Part shown: piece by piece, positions 13,743 to 28,139 of the stretch
Position numbering within the stretch: the stretch's first letter is position 1
Layout: the number at the start of each line of letters is the position of its first letter
Assembly (NCBI RefSeq): GCF_006345805.1
Contig: NC_043012.1
Location: 45,384,001 to 45,448,000, forward strand
Length of the DNA: 64,000 nt
From: Octopus sinensis
Lineage: Eukaryota
Direction: 5' to 3'
Notes under the pieces: model-generated
What the model was told of the DNA's origin: nothing
Databases searched by the model: none
What the model saw: only the letters and a program-made list of their open reading frames with translations
Position numbers and translations under genes: made by a program

Positions 13743-14044
13743 TTGTATGTGTGTGTGTGTGCATGTGTGTGTATATATGTCTATATATATATAAACACAA
13801 ACACACACACTCACATATATAAGTATGAGTATGTACGTATACATTTATCAGAGTATGCACTCACACACATACACACATATGTATACCTGCACAAATGAGG
13901 TTATCGTGAAAGATATGTTCATCCGTGAATACATTGACAAGCGTGATAGAATTCAGTCATAGAAATGAACATACGGAGACATTCAAATTAAGGATAGAGG
14001 AAAACTTGCACACACGTATATCTATCTATCTATCTATCTGTCTA

Positions 14045-16736
14045 GGCGCACAGGGCAACAAAGCCACCATTCGGTCACTGTAGATAACAGGGGCGCGAAT
14101 TGCTCGAGCAAGTAAAATGTGTGAGGCCTTTCAGCCATTTTTTCCCGACTGTTCGAACGAGTGGAGGGCAAGAACGTAGGTGGACTTCAGTGCCTACCTA
14201 CATAGCCTACCACGACTCTCGACAAGAAAGGCAGGTGCTGCGAAGGTGCCATCACGGCGGCGGAAGTGCGGGAAGCGATGGCAGAATGATCGAGGGACAA
14301 ATCACCGGGTTTGGATGGTCTACCCTACGAGCTTTACAATTGTATGCCAGACTTGTTTGGAGATCTCTTGCGGCGTGGTACTGCAACTGGCAGCAAAACG
14401 GGAGCATTCCTGGTTTTGTGAGCCGAGGAGCCGTAACACTGCTGAAGAAAGATCTAAACAGGGAAATGTAATAGATAACTTTAGGCCCATCACTCTGCTT
14501 AATGCAGACTTGAAAATTTTGGCCAAGGTGCTAGCCAAGAGGTTGGCGCTTGTCATCGAGAAACTGGTCGACAGGCGCAAACATGCGCCGTGCCAGGCCG
14601 GACCATCCATGACAACCTCCATCTGATGCGCTACATCATAGACAGGGTAGTTAACGAACCTGGCATGGTGGGGCCCCTGATCAACTTGGATCAATCAAAA
14701 GCCTTTGATAGGGTAGCCATCGATACTTGGAGGCAGTCCTGAGAGCGGCTGGTTTCGGTCCCGTCTTCCGCGGCTGGATAGCTGCCTTGTACAGAGGCAT
14801 CCGTTCGGTAATTCGCGTAAATGGACATCTATCGAGACCTTTCGACATTGCACGTTCGGCGCTTCTATACGTATTGACTCTTGAGCCACTACTGCGGAAG
14901 CTGGCGACTCTAAGGGGCATCCCGCGAGAATTGGGATGCGGGACGAGCGTGTCTGCATACGCGGACGACGTCACCGTCATAGTGTCTAGCCACGAGCACA
15001 TCGAGCTGGTCGGCGGGACACTGAAAAACTACGAAGCGGTGACAGGAGCGAAAATCAACCGGGAAAAGTCAGTGGGCTTGCGACTAGGCACCTGGAGAAG
15101 CAAGCCCATGCCGTCCACCAGCGCCTCCGTCGTGGGACGCTGGACCGACGGCCCGGTTGAGTTGCTCGGGGTCTGGTTTGGTCCGGACCTCCAAGTGGAG
15201 AAGAACTGGAACGAGATAACGAGTAGGGTGGTCACTCTCGCCCGGCAATGGGCCGAGAGGAAACTGTCCCTAAAAGGTCGAGCGGAGGTGGCGAACACGT
15301 ACATCGCGTCCGTCATCTACTACCGCCTGACCGTCGTACCTTGTCCCGACCCTACCATCACCAACTACAACGCATCCTTTTCGCTTCTTGTGGAAAGGAT
15401 GCGTCCCCGATGGTCAGGCGATCCATTTGCTGTCAACACCCGTTAAAAGGAGGGCTGGGCATGCCGTGGTTGATGATGCGCAGACACGCGCTGAGACTGC
15501 GACATCTCTGGCTCTATGTAGACGACGGTGAACAGGTGTGGTCGCCGTTTGTGAGGCACGCTTTCCCGCAGCTCGTCTCCATGACCGAACTGCAGTCGTG
15601 GATCAAAAAGAGGCCAAGGAAGGGCGAATGGCACCGCGAGTGTCGCGTTGCTCTCAAGCAACCCTGCCGTCCTGGGTCGACCTTAAGTGACTTCAACACA
15701 ACCAAAGCATTCTATAGGGGCTTAGTGGAGGGGAGGTACGACGACGAGCTCGGGGCGAACCTGGACGTCGACGAGGAGTACCTGACCCGCCTGCTCGGGA
15801 CGACTTTCGGGCCAGGGCCCATGGACAACTTCCAGAGATCCCTGGCCTGGCAGTGCTACCGAGAAGCGCTACCCGTTCGGGATAAGCTCTACAGACACGG
15901 CTCGAGAAACACGGGGCCGACCTGCCCGAGATGCGGTCAGAGCGACGAAACCGTTCTGCACGCACTCGTTCAGTGTCCAACAATTTCCGACCTGTGGGCT
16001 TATGTCGAACAACTGCTGTCACGTGTGGGACGAGTCGGTTTATCAGCTGAGTCTATCGTCAATATTGTCACGCCTCCTTCCTTCAAACGGGAAGGAAGAG
16101 CTATTTTCATCATCCTTGTGGCTATGGCGAAAGAATGTATCTGGTGGACGCGTCTGAAAGGATTGGAGACAAACACTTTCCTCTCTGGTCAATCTGTCAT
16201 CAACTTCTTCAAGTACCACTTGAAAAGGAAAGTGAGAGTAGAGAGGCAAGTTTTGTCTAGCGAATGTTTTAAAAAAAGATGGGTGAATGTAGCAAGAATG
16301 GCACGTATGAATGACGAAGCCACCTTGAGCATAGTCCTATGAACCCAGAAATCGAAACAGAGAGTTGCTTATTTGCAAAAAAAAAAAAAAAAAAAAAAGA
16401 AATATAAAATGTGACTTCATTGACCGAGGTTACCGTGGTCTTTTCCGCAGGCTTTTCTTTCCACGGGTAAACCTCACCTGTCCTCCCCTTACACTTCATA
16501 TTGACATTTCTGTGATAACGATCCCTATTGATCATTTTTTTTTCCTCTCCCCCCCCTTTTTTTTTTTTTTTTTTTTTTACCCCCCTTATTTTTGTCCTCT
16601 TTCCTCTCCTTACGATCCCTTTTGATCGAACCTCCCTTCCTTTTTTTTTTTTTTTTTTTTTAATACCTTCAAAAGAAAAGCTCTACCTTGTAATTTGTTC
16701 TATCTGTGTGCAGCCCTGTGTGGCTAATAAGAACAG
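14045..16736 (+). mobile_element. 5'-truncated Tx1/L1-clade non-LTR retrotransposon (RT plus C-terminal zinc finger), frameshifted
   Basis: KSPGLDGLPYELY, FRPITLLNADLKILAKVLAKRL, YADDVT, LKGRAEVANTYIAS and CPRCGQSDETVLHALVQCP spread over ORFs 14180-14626, 14727-15446 and 15248-16342; A/U-rich 3' UTR ends aataagaacag. Confidence 0.92.
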
Positions 16737-16762
16737 ATCTATCTATCTATCTACTATCTATC

Positions 16763-16802
<40 letters not shown>

Positions 16803-16804
16803 CT

Positions 16805-16855
<51 letters not shown>

Positions 16856-16915
16856 GTCTTCTGTCTGTCTATCTATCTATCTATCTATCTATATATCTAT
16901 CTATCTATCTATCTA
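16737..16915. repeat. (TATC)n microsatellite
   Basis: Visible run right after the LINE 3' end. Confidence 0.95.
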
Positions 16916-16982
16916 CGGTCATATATACATCCAAATAATTCATGTAGGTATACGCATATAAATGTGCGTATATGAGTATATA

Positions 16983-17026
<44 letters not shown>

Positions 17027-17309
17027 TGGTGGTGTGTGTGTGTGCATGTGTGTATTTGTGTATATGTGCATATATGTGTATATGTGCATATATGTTTATA
17101 TATGTGTGTGTGCGTGTTTGTGTGACCGTGCGAAGGTGCGTAACTCAGTGGGAAGTGTGTTGCTCTCATGATCGTAAGTTTGTAGTTTTGATTCCTGCGG
17201 TAGGTGTTTACGTTGTGTTCTATGAATTTTGTCTTGGGAGCCTCTGGCCCCGGAAGCAACTTTAATCTTTTCTTATTTTTGTGCTTGCTTACATACATAT
17301 AACTATCCG

Positions 17310-17340
<31 letters not shown>

Positions 17341-17504
17341 CAGCTGATGCTAGTCATTAATGAAGGTATATTGCGGTGTTTCCACAGCAATGGCAAATAC
17401 TTTAATACGAAACGCATGCAATTATTCGCAATATTGTACTGCCAATGTAAATTCACCAGGAATGATTACATTTGCGCATTACAGTTAAAAATAGCATGCA
17501 AGCC

Positions 17505-17600
17505 ATGTATGTACGTATGTATGTATGTATGTATGTATGTATGTATGTATGTATGTATGTATGTATGTATGTATGTATGTATGTATGTATGCATGCATGT
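17505..17600. repeat. (GTAT)n microsatellite
   Basis: Visible run. Confidence 0.95.
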
Positions 17601-17736
17601 ATACATGTATAAACTCAGACACAGACACACACACACACACATATACTTTGTATTTGTCTTGCTGCTTTTCTACATATATATACATATACATACATATATG
17701 CACACACATATGTGTATGTATGTATATATATATCTA

Positions 17737-17859
<123 letters not shown>

Positions 17860-18400
17860 TTGGGTTTATATTTGCAGCTGGTTTTCAGCTGTAATCATAT
17901 TTTCTTATTTTGCAAATAAAGAGGCGAACTTATATGTGTTATAGATAATAAAAATATCGCCGTGGTGAATGTAGGGACACGGACTTCCTTAGATATAAAT
18001 GTGCTCTCTCCATGCTGTGTTCGTTTAATCTCTCATTTTATCTACCTGTCGAGTGATATATTTTGATATCAATGAATGATCTTGCAATTTCACTTTGCAC
18101 ATTCATATACGCGATGGAACATCTATTTATGAATTTTCAAGTATCACATAATCGTGTAGCCGGTGAATATCAAAACATATAGGCATCATACAGGACAAAG
18201 TGAAATTATTTATCTCTGTTTCTCTCACACAGGGATTGCACAATTTAAGGAGCCAAACAACCTTCAATAAACATATTACTCCAACATTCGATACCATATT
18301 GATATGACTTTTTGTGAATGGAAAAACGCACAATGTAGATGGATCCTGTATGTATACATTGTATTTATGAATCTCTACATATATGTCATATCATATATCA

Positions 18401-18436
<36 letters not shown>

Positions 18437-18784
18437 ATACGACGGTGTCAAGCGCAAAAGGAATCTTGTCAATATTATATAAACAATCTATTCACATTAT
18501 CCATTTCAAAATTTTCATCGTTTTCAAATCTATTCTATACATACGTTCGTGTATATATATGCACTGTGTATATATATATATATATAATATATATATATAC
18601 ACTGTGCGGTTCGCACTCTTAACTCTTTACTTGACCTTTCCAACCTGCATGTCTGTCTTCCTCTCTACCTGTCTCTCTCCTTCTTATTTTTCACCCTTTC
18701 TGGTTTCTTTTCCTCTCACTCTCTCTCTCTCTCTCTCTCTCTCTCATTCATCCTCCTCTCTCTCTCACTCCTCCTCCTCTCTCT

Positions 18785-19260
18785 GGTCATTGACCGGAGG
18801 ACAGCTAACTTTCTTTCTGCCCGCTGCTTTCAACAAGTCAACATCGGTTTTTTTCTGTCTTCCGCAAGCCGATCTTCAGAATGCGCTATAACGAATTTTT
18901 CCACCGTCTAGGTTTAAATAAAAGCCCTTATTGTTGGTTTCCTTGTCCTGTTTTTATTCTTTATTTGTACTGTTTTTTCCTTCATTTGTATTGCTTTTAC
19001 GTCCTGTTCTTGTCACTTTTTTTACCCCTCTGCAAAAGAATTTTATTTAATTCATTTTGCAGGAAGGATTGCTTCGGCCGGATCGTGTTCTGCCCTTACC
19101 TTCGAAACACGCATTGAGTCGAAACAGGGGCAGCTGATGAAGGGGAATATTCCTTGTATTATTTGTCTTGTACTCGGTTTTTTCATTGTTAAAAAAAAGT
19201 CCTTTTCCTTGTTTGATTTAATGTTTTCGTTTCTCGTTGTGTTCTACGTTTATTTGTGGT
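18785..19260 (+). mobile_element. Repeat family 'X', probable PLE 3' region, copy 2
   Basis: Collinear with the reverse complement of 21271-21720 (FFHRLGL-coding end, T-rich tract, ctgatgaaggggaatattcc). Confidence 0.55.
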
Positions 19261-19351
19261 GTCCTGTACTCATATATGCATGTATATATACATATAGATG
19301 TAGGTATGTACATATATGTATGTATGCATATGTTTTATTTATTAAATTGTT

Positions 19352-19395
<44 letters not shown>

Positions 19396-21096
19396 TATAA
19401 GAAAAATGGGATTAAAATCCTGGCAGATATCAATTAAGCGCACAGTATAAAGAAATTGATTATTGATTACTAATCATCGGTTATTAGGGTCAATTCTTTT
19501 CACTGAAAGCTAGTATTTGGATTCACTATCAGCGATGGAGAACTTGGCTTGCCGATGGAGCACCCTTACACGCCGTGGGTAGTTAACGCTCCTGTACATA
19601 GACTTGCACTATGTTTGAGACTATAAGGGTCTTTAATGCTTGTTTCTAGCAATGTTGTAACTACCGTTTACCCTCTGACACTATGAGTGACAAGTGAATC
19701 GTTCTTTTTGGTTATATATTACGTGTGGCCACTTATATTATTTCATATATATATATACATAGATACAGGGACAGGCACATACACACACACACAGATATAT
19801 GCAGCTATACATGGATTGGCGCATAGACACATCATCGCTTTACTTGATGGACGTAAGAAAGACGAAACTTAGGAGTCCGTGTCAGCGTTTTCCTTCTAAA
19901 TTTCAATATATTACTCTATTAGGTGCGTAGGGATTTAGAGTTGTCGCGATAAATACTTGAGCTCGTGTTTAAAGAATTTAAGCGCTCACAAGATAGTGGT
20001 ATTTTGATTAAGGATGTACTAGAAAGTGGTATTTTAATTAAGGATGCACAAACTTGAAAAACGTTCTGCAAAACAAATCATCTGACCCTCACCAATTCCG
20101 CCAGGGTAAGTACTTGAGCTGTCTTTATTGTATTAAAAGTTTGTGCTTTAATTTAGAATGCACAGATTCGAAAATCATTCTGAAAGACAAGTCGTCTAAT
20201 ACACTTCAATTCCGCCAAAACTTTTCCCTGGAGAGATATATTATGGAATGACTCGGAAATGGAAAGATATAAAGTTAATACACGATGTCTATCAATTCCT
20301 CTGTTTGCCTTTTCTCTCTCTCTTTCTTCTCCCGCAGGGTGTCTAGATTACGGGCAAAAATAGGTGTATCATATACCATACAAAATTAAAAAACTCTGGA
20401 AGATGTATCTTACGAATCAAATGGCAATTAAAACCAGCTCCACTTCAGAAGAAATGATAATCTAGGGATTGCCATCAAGGAATCAAGGAAAAGCACAGGC
20501 TTGTTGTCTGGAGGTAAAAAGATTGTCCTGGCTATTGTTCCTGGTTCAATGGCCGTTATTAGCAGGCCAACAGTTCGGTCCGACAATATTTCCATTAACC
20601 AAGGGACTTATACAAATTTTATTCAAAAAGTACCAGAACACATCTGTTGCCTAAATAATTCGGATTTTTTAAAAAAGAAAACGAAGAAAGATAAATAACT
20701 GAAAATAGACTCTGGTCTTGTCCTTAAGTACAATGTATTTGCCTTAGCAGAGGTATTTAGGTACATAGCAAATAAAGTTGCCTAAGCTGTAGGGATTTCA
20801 GCCTGGGTTGATTTCAAAGGATAGAAACATTATTCCACCGTTCATAACTGATCCAACATACACATACATACACCTCATGAATATTAACAAGGGCACTCAT
20901 ACACATACTTTCACATAATATGCTACGCTCACATATACACGCATAGGAAGTTACTGCAGAAAATACTTATATGAAAATAGTAATTTCATAAATAACATAT
21001 TTATTTAAAGTGATCAAAGAAGACAATATTATTTATCCACATATCAATCTTCATTCACGTATATACATACATACGTACATACATACATACATACAT

Positions 21097-21153
<57 letters not shown>

Positions 21154-21162
21154 ATATATATA

Positions 21163-21232
21163 TAGACGAAACAGGGACAACTGAAGAAGGGGAATATTCC
21201 GTGTGTTGTATGTCTTGTACTCTGCTTTTTCG

Positions 21233-21273
<41 letters not shown>

Positions 21274-21720
21274 ACGAAAAAGCAGAGTACAAGACATACA
21301 ACACACGGAATATTCCCCTTCTTCAGTTGTCCCTGTTTCGTCTACTCCACTTTCGAAAGTAAGGACAAGACGCGACTCCGTTGAAACAGTCCTTTCCGCA
21401 AAGCAAATTAAATAAAATTAGGTTTTGTTTGCGGCGGGGTAAAAGTATTAACAAGAACAGGACAGTAAGAACAAAACAAGATAGTAAAAACAATACAAGT
21501 AAAAACAGTAAAAGACAGGACAAAGAGAATAACACAGTAAAAACAAACGATGAGGTTTGTTAAGCCAAGACGATGGAAAAATGATCTTGAATGCATAAAG
21601 GAGGCAGCTTATGAGAGGGACAGGATAAGCCGTCTTGTCTCGGTGAAGATAGCAGTTGGAAAGATGGTTTCCCTCTGATCTCGTGTCAGTGACGAGAGAG
21701 TCGAGGAGTAAGAGAGAGGG
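21163..21720 (-). mobile_element. Repeat family 'X' copy 3 with a perfect 74-bp inverted duplication
   Basis: 21163-21236 is the exact reverse complement of 21271-21344, separated by (TA)n. Confidence 0.7.
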
Positions 21721-21841
21721 AACGGTGAAGGGCAGAGGAGAAGAATAGGGAAGGGTGGGAGAGAAAACCAGAAAGGATGAAGAACAAGGGAGGGAGAGAG
21801 ATAGACAGAGGAGAATTAGTAAAAGTTTATGAGTGCGCATC

Positions 21842-21919
<78 letters not shown>

Positions 21920-22785
21920 AGCAGTATTCACTCACACACATACGTATAATGATTGATGAGTTATCAAGCTATCGCACTATTAATCATACGTGTTTGGATA
22001 TATTATACTAGAGTTACGATACATTATATGTAAACGAAAACGACAAGCTAAAAGTGAGGAAACTGATGTAATTAAATAAAATTGAAATAAGATCAAATAA
22101 AATCATGTAAAATAAAGTACAGTAATTTACGGCAGCTGCATTATAATTGTTAGTATTATTAGCGCACTAGAGTACATCCTTATAGTTTAATTTACTAGTA
22201 TAAATATGAAGAGAAACTGTACATTTGAGGAGATCATATAATTAAATTGTAAGAGATTTACTGGTAATTCAAAGATAAATCAAAGATATACACTATACGT
22301 ATTTATCATTGCTATCTTAATATGGTGATACTAAATATCAATCAAAATCAACCCAGTCGAACACAGTTTAGATAAGACTAGAAATGTACGATATATTAGA
22401 AATACAGAAATATAGAATGATAGAGGTTATGCTGATTAGGAGGGGAAGAGCTACTGGGGCCTCTTCGTAATAGTAGGGTTAATCATGCATTTAGAATGAA
22501 GCTAATAGGTAAAATTTTAATGTGTATGAAGGACATAAGGGACATGCGCAGACATCCTATTAATATGGCATCTCGTTGGGTTTCATAAATCTCAGTTATG
22601 CAGAAATTGCAAACGCCATTACTAAGTTTATATGCCTCTTCTTTGCTTATGATGCACAAAAAGGAAGTCATGATCAATCCTTATATCAGTAAGCATCCAT
22701 TGAAACTAGCAAAAGATGTTTTGAGTTTCCGTCTACCAAATCCACTCAAAGTTAATAATGTTTTCAAGCAGGTACATGTTAACGC

Positions 22786-22898
<113 letters not shown>

Positions 22899-23957
22899 TA
22901 CATGGTTTTTGTATCTGGCCTGCAAGATTCTACATTTGAATTCGTGTGTTGAAACAAATTTGGTTGTATCTAGGGAGAGTCATCATGCACACTTGTTCAA
23001 TTGTACTCATTTATTAAATATTCGATTGTTTTTGCTATTGTCAAAGCACTCGTTGCACTTTTGCGACTATTGACTCTCCAAAAGAGCAACGAATGTGATT
23101 TGACAAGAAAAAAAAAAGAAAATTGGATATTTAAGAAATAAGTGGAATTGAACCAGTGTGTGTGTGTTAATCATATTCGTATGATGACTTCCCTTAGATA
23201 CAAGAAAATACACACACATGCATATATATGTGTGTGGTTCCCAACCACATGGTTCCGCGTTCAGTCCCACAGCGTGGCACCATCGGCATAAACATACATC
23301 CGCTAACCTGCATATTGTAAGGATTATTGAGTCGTTACCGTAGATTTAGAAGTAGGTTTTATGGTTGATATGGTTAATAAGATATTTAATACAACAATAC
23401 ATAGATATGCACAACCGCACATATTTGATTATAGACATTTTAAAGTAATAATTCCACTCTTTTTAAAGGCGCACACGCCTCGCGTGTATCGAATTCATGG
23501 GGGTCAGCGTAACACGATATATACGAACTTCATGTCTAGTATTATAATCAGTTCATTTCACTGTCCAAGATTTGCGCTTGAAATTGTCATATAGGATTTA
23601 TATAGCAATCTTAACTGTTAATTTATAATATATAAGCTGTCTCTCTATAATCTCTCTAGTAATATATGTGCCAAAATGCTGCAAGCCTTCTCTGATCTAT
23701 GACCCTCAGTGCTGATAAGCCTTTTAGTCTGTAAAATTAGGTAACCGCCAATTTTAATTGATATATTCAGTGTTGGCACTGTCTCTCTAACTGGAGGATC
23801 TTAACGAAATAGTATACAGTGTGCATTGAAAGACATATCACGGTTTCTTTACATAAACACATACATACACATACAGACAGACATTGGCGCAAAAAGGTTT
23901 ACGAGAGATACGCAAAGGTCTGCTTATATTTTTACATTTTTATATACATATACATAC

Positions 23958-24010
<53 letters not shown>

Positions 24011-25975
24011 ATATATATATATATATATAAATATATATATATGTGTGTGTGTATGTGTGTGTGTGTGTTTGTGCATATATATATACACACACATTCATAT
24101 GAGTACGTTGTTTTATAGGTATTGATGTACGTGTGTGCGTGTGTGTGTCCATTTTTACGCACGTATATATATATATGTACATATACTTACATGCTAACAC
24201 GCACAGGCAACACGCACACTGACATATTGTATAGTGAGGATATATATCTATACCCATGTCCTTGTCCATGAAATATAACATAAAATCTTCTCGAATATAA
24301 GATCTCCTTTAAAGCGTCAAAATTATATTTTTCGTGATATTAATTCTTAATTTCAAGAAATTATCTCCCTGTTTCTTTTTCAGCGAAGCAAACAATTACC
24401 TATTAGGTATATATTTCATTCCTCACCTTAAGAGGAAAATAACAATTCCTAATGAGTTTTTTGAAAGCGAAACTTCGTGGCTATTGCTAGAATCTTGCTA
24501 AAGAGAAAGGGAGATAATTTTTACAAATCACAAATTAATTTCTCAGAAAATTGAAATTTTGTGCTTCGGTAACTATTGACAAAATATTTCGGTCGTATTA
24601 AACCTCACCAGCGAATGATCATTTTCTAATGTTAGCTTGATTATTGGATAGAAAATGTGAACACGAGGGAATTTGAGACTATGAACTTGGCCACGTGTCA
24701 TAAAGCGAGATAAGAGAAACAATCTTGAGTTAATGACTTGAGTTTAGATTTATCAGGTAGAGGGTGATTGACAAAGAATTACCATTTCCTTATATATGAG
24801 GGCAATGAATCGCCATGAAGGTGTTGCAAAGTTTGGCAGTTTTGATTGCTTTAATTATGGCTATTTAGTTGTACAAATAATTATAGTTTTAGACTACAGA
24901 TGACCGAAATATTAACATTCATTTTAGGGGAGATAACTTTGAATGCATTATTGCTGTAATATAGAATGAGTAATAGGAGTAAAGTTATCCTCCTCCACCT
25001 GTTTCTCCTCTTCCCCTTCATCCTCCTCCTTCCCCTTCTCCATTCCTCCTCCTCCGCCCCTCCCCATTTCCCTCCTCCTCCTCCTCCTCCTCATCATCAT
25101 CATCATCATCGTCATCATTGTCATCATCATCTCATTTTACTCCTGCTTCTTTGTGGTAAGCACATTTGTTTATTTCGTTCCGAGCCAAGAGCAATACCAA
25201 ATGACTTCGTAGAAACACTAAAATATTTCACAAGTATGGGATACGACAAATCATTGCAATAGGTTGAATGGTAAAAAAGAAGAAATATGAACATCTAAAT
25301 AAGCAAATAATACATAAACATATTCCAAATAGTGTAACCGGTAGATTTGAAGTCGGTGGTAGTAACACAGCAACTTGTTTATACAATATCTGTGATGAAC
25401 AAACATTGCCTCAACCACAAAACAAGACACAAACGAAAACAAAATAGGTTGAATTTTGGGGAACAAACAGTATTTTGTCTCGATGGAACTAAACTAATAA
25501 ATATAACATATAAATATATAACATATATATATAACTAATATATATAACATATAAAGAAAAAACATATTCCTGTGTTTTACAAATAATGGAACTAGACGCA
25601 CATGAAGAGTTACAACAAGCACTTCAAGGGCATTTTCGGAGAGAGCTAAAAAAGAGAAGAAAGAATAAAAGAAGAGGCGGGAAATTTATGTCGCATTTAA
25701 AAGAAAAATGGTCCGGGCAAAATACAGGCTGAAGTTGTTAGACATATACCAATATATCCACCCATATATTTGTGCCCCATCGTACGAGCAAAGCAAAGTA
25801 AGAGAGGCAATAAAAGACATCAGAAGCGATGTAGATCCGGAGCGAGAAGTTAGTTTTGTGTCACAGTATGGAAATATGGTTAAATTAAGGATAACGAAAG
25901 GACATCATCTTTTAAACGGAATCAAAATGACTATATTCTAGTTGAAATTTCAGACGTTATATATCAACTGAGTCT

Positions 25976-27524
25976 AGGACATTCATCCCCCATGGACAAT
26001 AACTCGGCAAAGACAATTACCCCTGAGGACAACAACCGCCTAGGACACCTACCCGCTAGGACAATTAACCCTAAGTAGCTAACCCCCGATATGTACCATA
26101 TTTTCCGGTGTATAAGCCGCTAATTTTTACCTGGGGAAATTAGTGTGTGGCTTAGAGAAAGGTACGCCTAAAGTATGTATTTTTTTAATGTTTCAGGCGG
26201 AAAATAATTTGTGTATGAAGATCGAATGATTCCACTAATTTTTTTCAGAGGAAAAGCCGGTCGGTGAACTACGTGAAAGACTGCTGCTACAGTACATTGG
26301 TGCCCGGAAGAAAACAAAACATATTTGTTTTGTTTTACCTTCATATTTTAATCTAATAAAGACCTTAATATTGACGAAATGTGTTTATCGTTGATTATAG
26401 TAAAATAAAATAAAATAATGACAATACATCTGATAGGAATTTTAAAACTGCACACACAGAAACACAAGATGAATAAGATTTTATGCTGTACAACTCTTGG
26501 CCTGTTGAGGAACGAATTCTGATTTTGAAATCCAGAGAAACCTGGATAACTTATGCCAAGCGTTGCACTGGTCTCTACATGGAACGTTCAAGGCAGTTCC
26601 TCGCATTTTTATCACAATTAAACACAGTTCACGCACTGCTGCATGAATCTTCAGTGCCATTAATTTACGCTCTGTTACCTGATAAAGGCCAAACTACTTA
26701 CACAAATTACACAAATTTTCTAGAGCAGCTAAAATTATTGGAACAAGATTTAGCACCCAAAACTGTCATGGTAGATTTTTGGAAAGGCTGTGATTAATAG
26801 TTTACATTTTGCATTTCCACAATCCGAGATAAACGGGTTTTTCTTTTCACTTTAGCCAAAGCGTCTATATGAACATTCAATTTCACGGATTTCAACAGCG
26901 ATACGAAGAGGATAAAGAGTTTTCAATCTCTATGAGAATGATTGCTGCTTTAGCTTTTGTTCCTACTTGTGATGTTGAAAAAACCTTTGAAATCCTATGT
27001 GAATACTCCCACCAGAAACATATCCCTTACAAGATTACTTTGAGGATACATACTTGGGATGACCATGTCGAAGAGTAAGACGGCGAGAACCAGTGTTTGG
27101 AATGGATCTATGGAATATGTACAATAGAACTCTGGATAAACCTCCAAGAACAATGCTGTGGAAAGATGGCACAAGATTATTTTTTCTCTCAAATGCTCGT
27201 TGTTGGAAGTTTTTTTTTTTTAATATATCAAAAGAGCGCAAGCATTGCAACAGGTACTTATGACTCAATCCTTGACGAGTTTTGCTAAACAGCCATCGAG
27301 AAAGAAATATTTAGATGTTTCAGCCCATATTCATGCCGTAGTTGTCAATTATGAAAGCATAAATGGGATACAATATTTGCGAGGAATCGCGTATGGTTTG
27401 CACTTTTAGACGATGATTTAAAGCTTCTTAATATATTGGAGATGGGGTATTTAACCAAGGGATAATACTGTCGTAGGGAGTAGTTGTGGTTGGAGGGAAT
27501 TGTCCTAATGGGGGCATTTATCCT
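25976..27524 (+). mobile_element. Degenerate Mutator-like (MULE) DNA transposon
   Basis: VPLIYALLPDK, PKTVMVDF and (across a frameshift) AFPQSEING.FFHFSQSVY, MRMIAALAFVP match the MULE transposase; degenerate GGACAAT-rich inverted ends. Confidence 0.8.
26094..26170 (+). mobile_element. pogo/Tigger-like terminal fragment nested in the MULE
   Basis: taccatattttccggtgtataagccgc resembles pogo TIR sequence; the other end was not found. Confidence 0.4.
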
Positions 27525-27847
27525 GATACGATTTCAACGATCCAGAAGACTTGGTCCCTCATATGACTACAGAAGATTTTGGAATTTCAAGCACACAATG
27601 ATACTGTTGCGCAGGTGTTATTAGGAAAGTGGGAAACCATCACTGACAGAATTGGAGGATTAATAATTATAGAAGTATCTTATACATATATATTTATCAT
27701 ATAAATTGTTAATTCAATCAGTTTTATAATGTAGTACGTGTTTCACCTATTCACCTTTCCTATATCGCACATCTCTCTAATAATTCTGTCTCAAATTTTA
27801 TATATTTCTTGTATCTCTAGAACTATTCAGATTAAAAAAGGAAGTCT

Positions 27848-27853
27848 ACAACA

Positions 27854-27887
<34 letters not shown>

Positions 27888-27902
27888 GTACTGCTACTGC
27901 TG

Positions 27903-27953
<51 letters not shown>

Positions 27954-28120
27954 ACTACTACTACTACTACTACTACTACTACTGCTGCTGCCGCTACTGC
28001 TGGTGCTGACACTGCTAGTGCTGCTACTACTGCTACTGCTGCTACTACCACCACCACCACTACCACCACTACCACCACCACCACTACTACTAATACTACT
28101 ATTTATTGTTGTTGTTGCTG
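27848..28120. repeat. Compound trinucleotide array (CTA/CTG/CCA)
   Basis: Visible triplet runs. Confidence 0.95.
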
Positions 28121-28139
28121 TTATTATTGAGTTTCTAAA

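Noticed and set aside
19090-19160. Family X motifs GAAAC...CTGATGA as a hammerhead (also 2340-2400 and 21165-21200)
   Set aside because: Only ~8 nt separate GAAAC from CTGATGA and no GAAA follows helix II, so none of the three hammerhead topologies fits.
24966-25262. Pro/His-rich ORF followed by a GTAAGC donor-like site
   Set aside because: Built from (CCT)n/(CAT)n repeats; no credible acceptor or protein signal.
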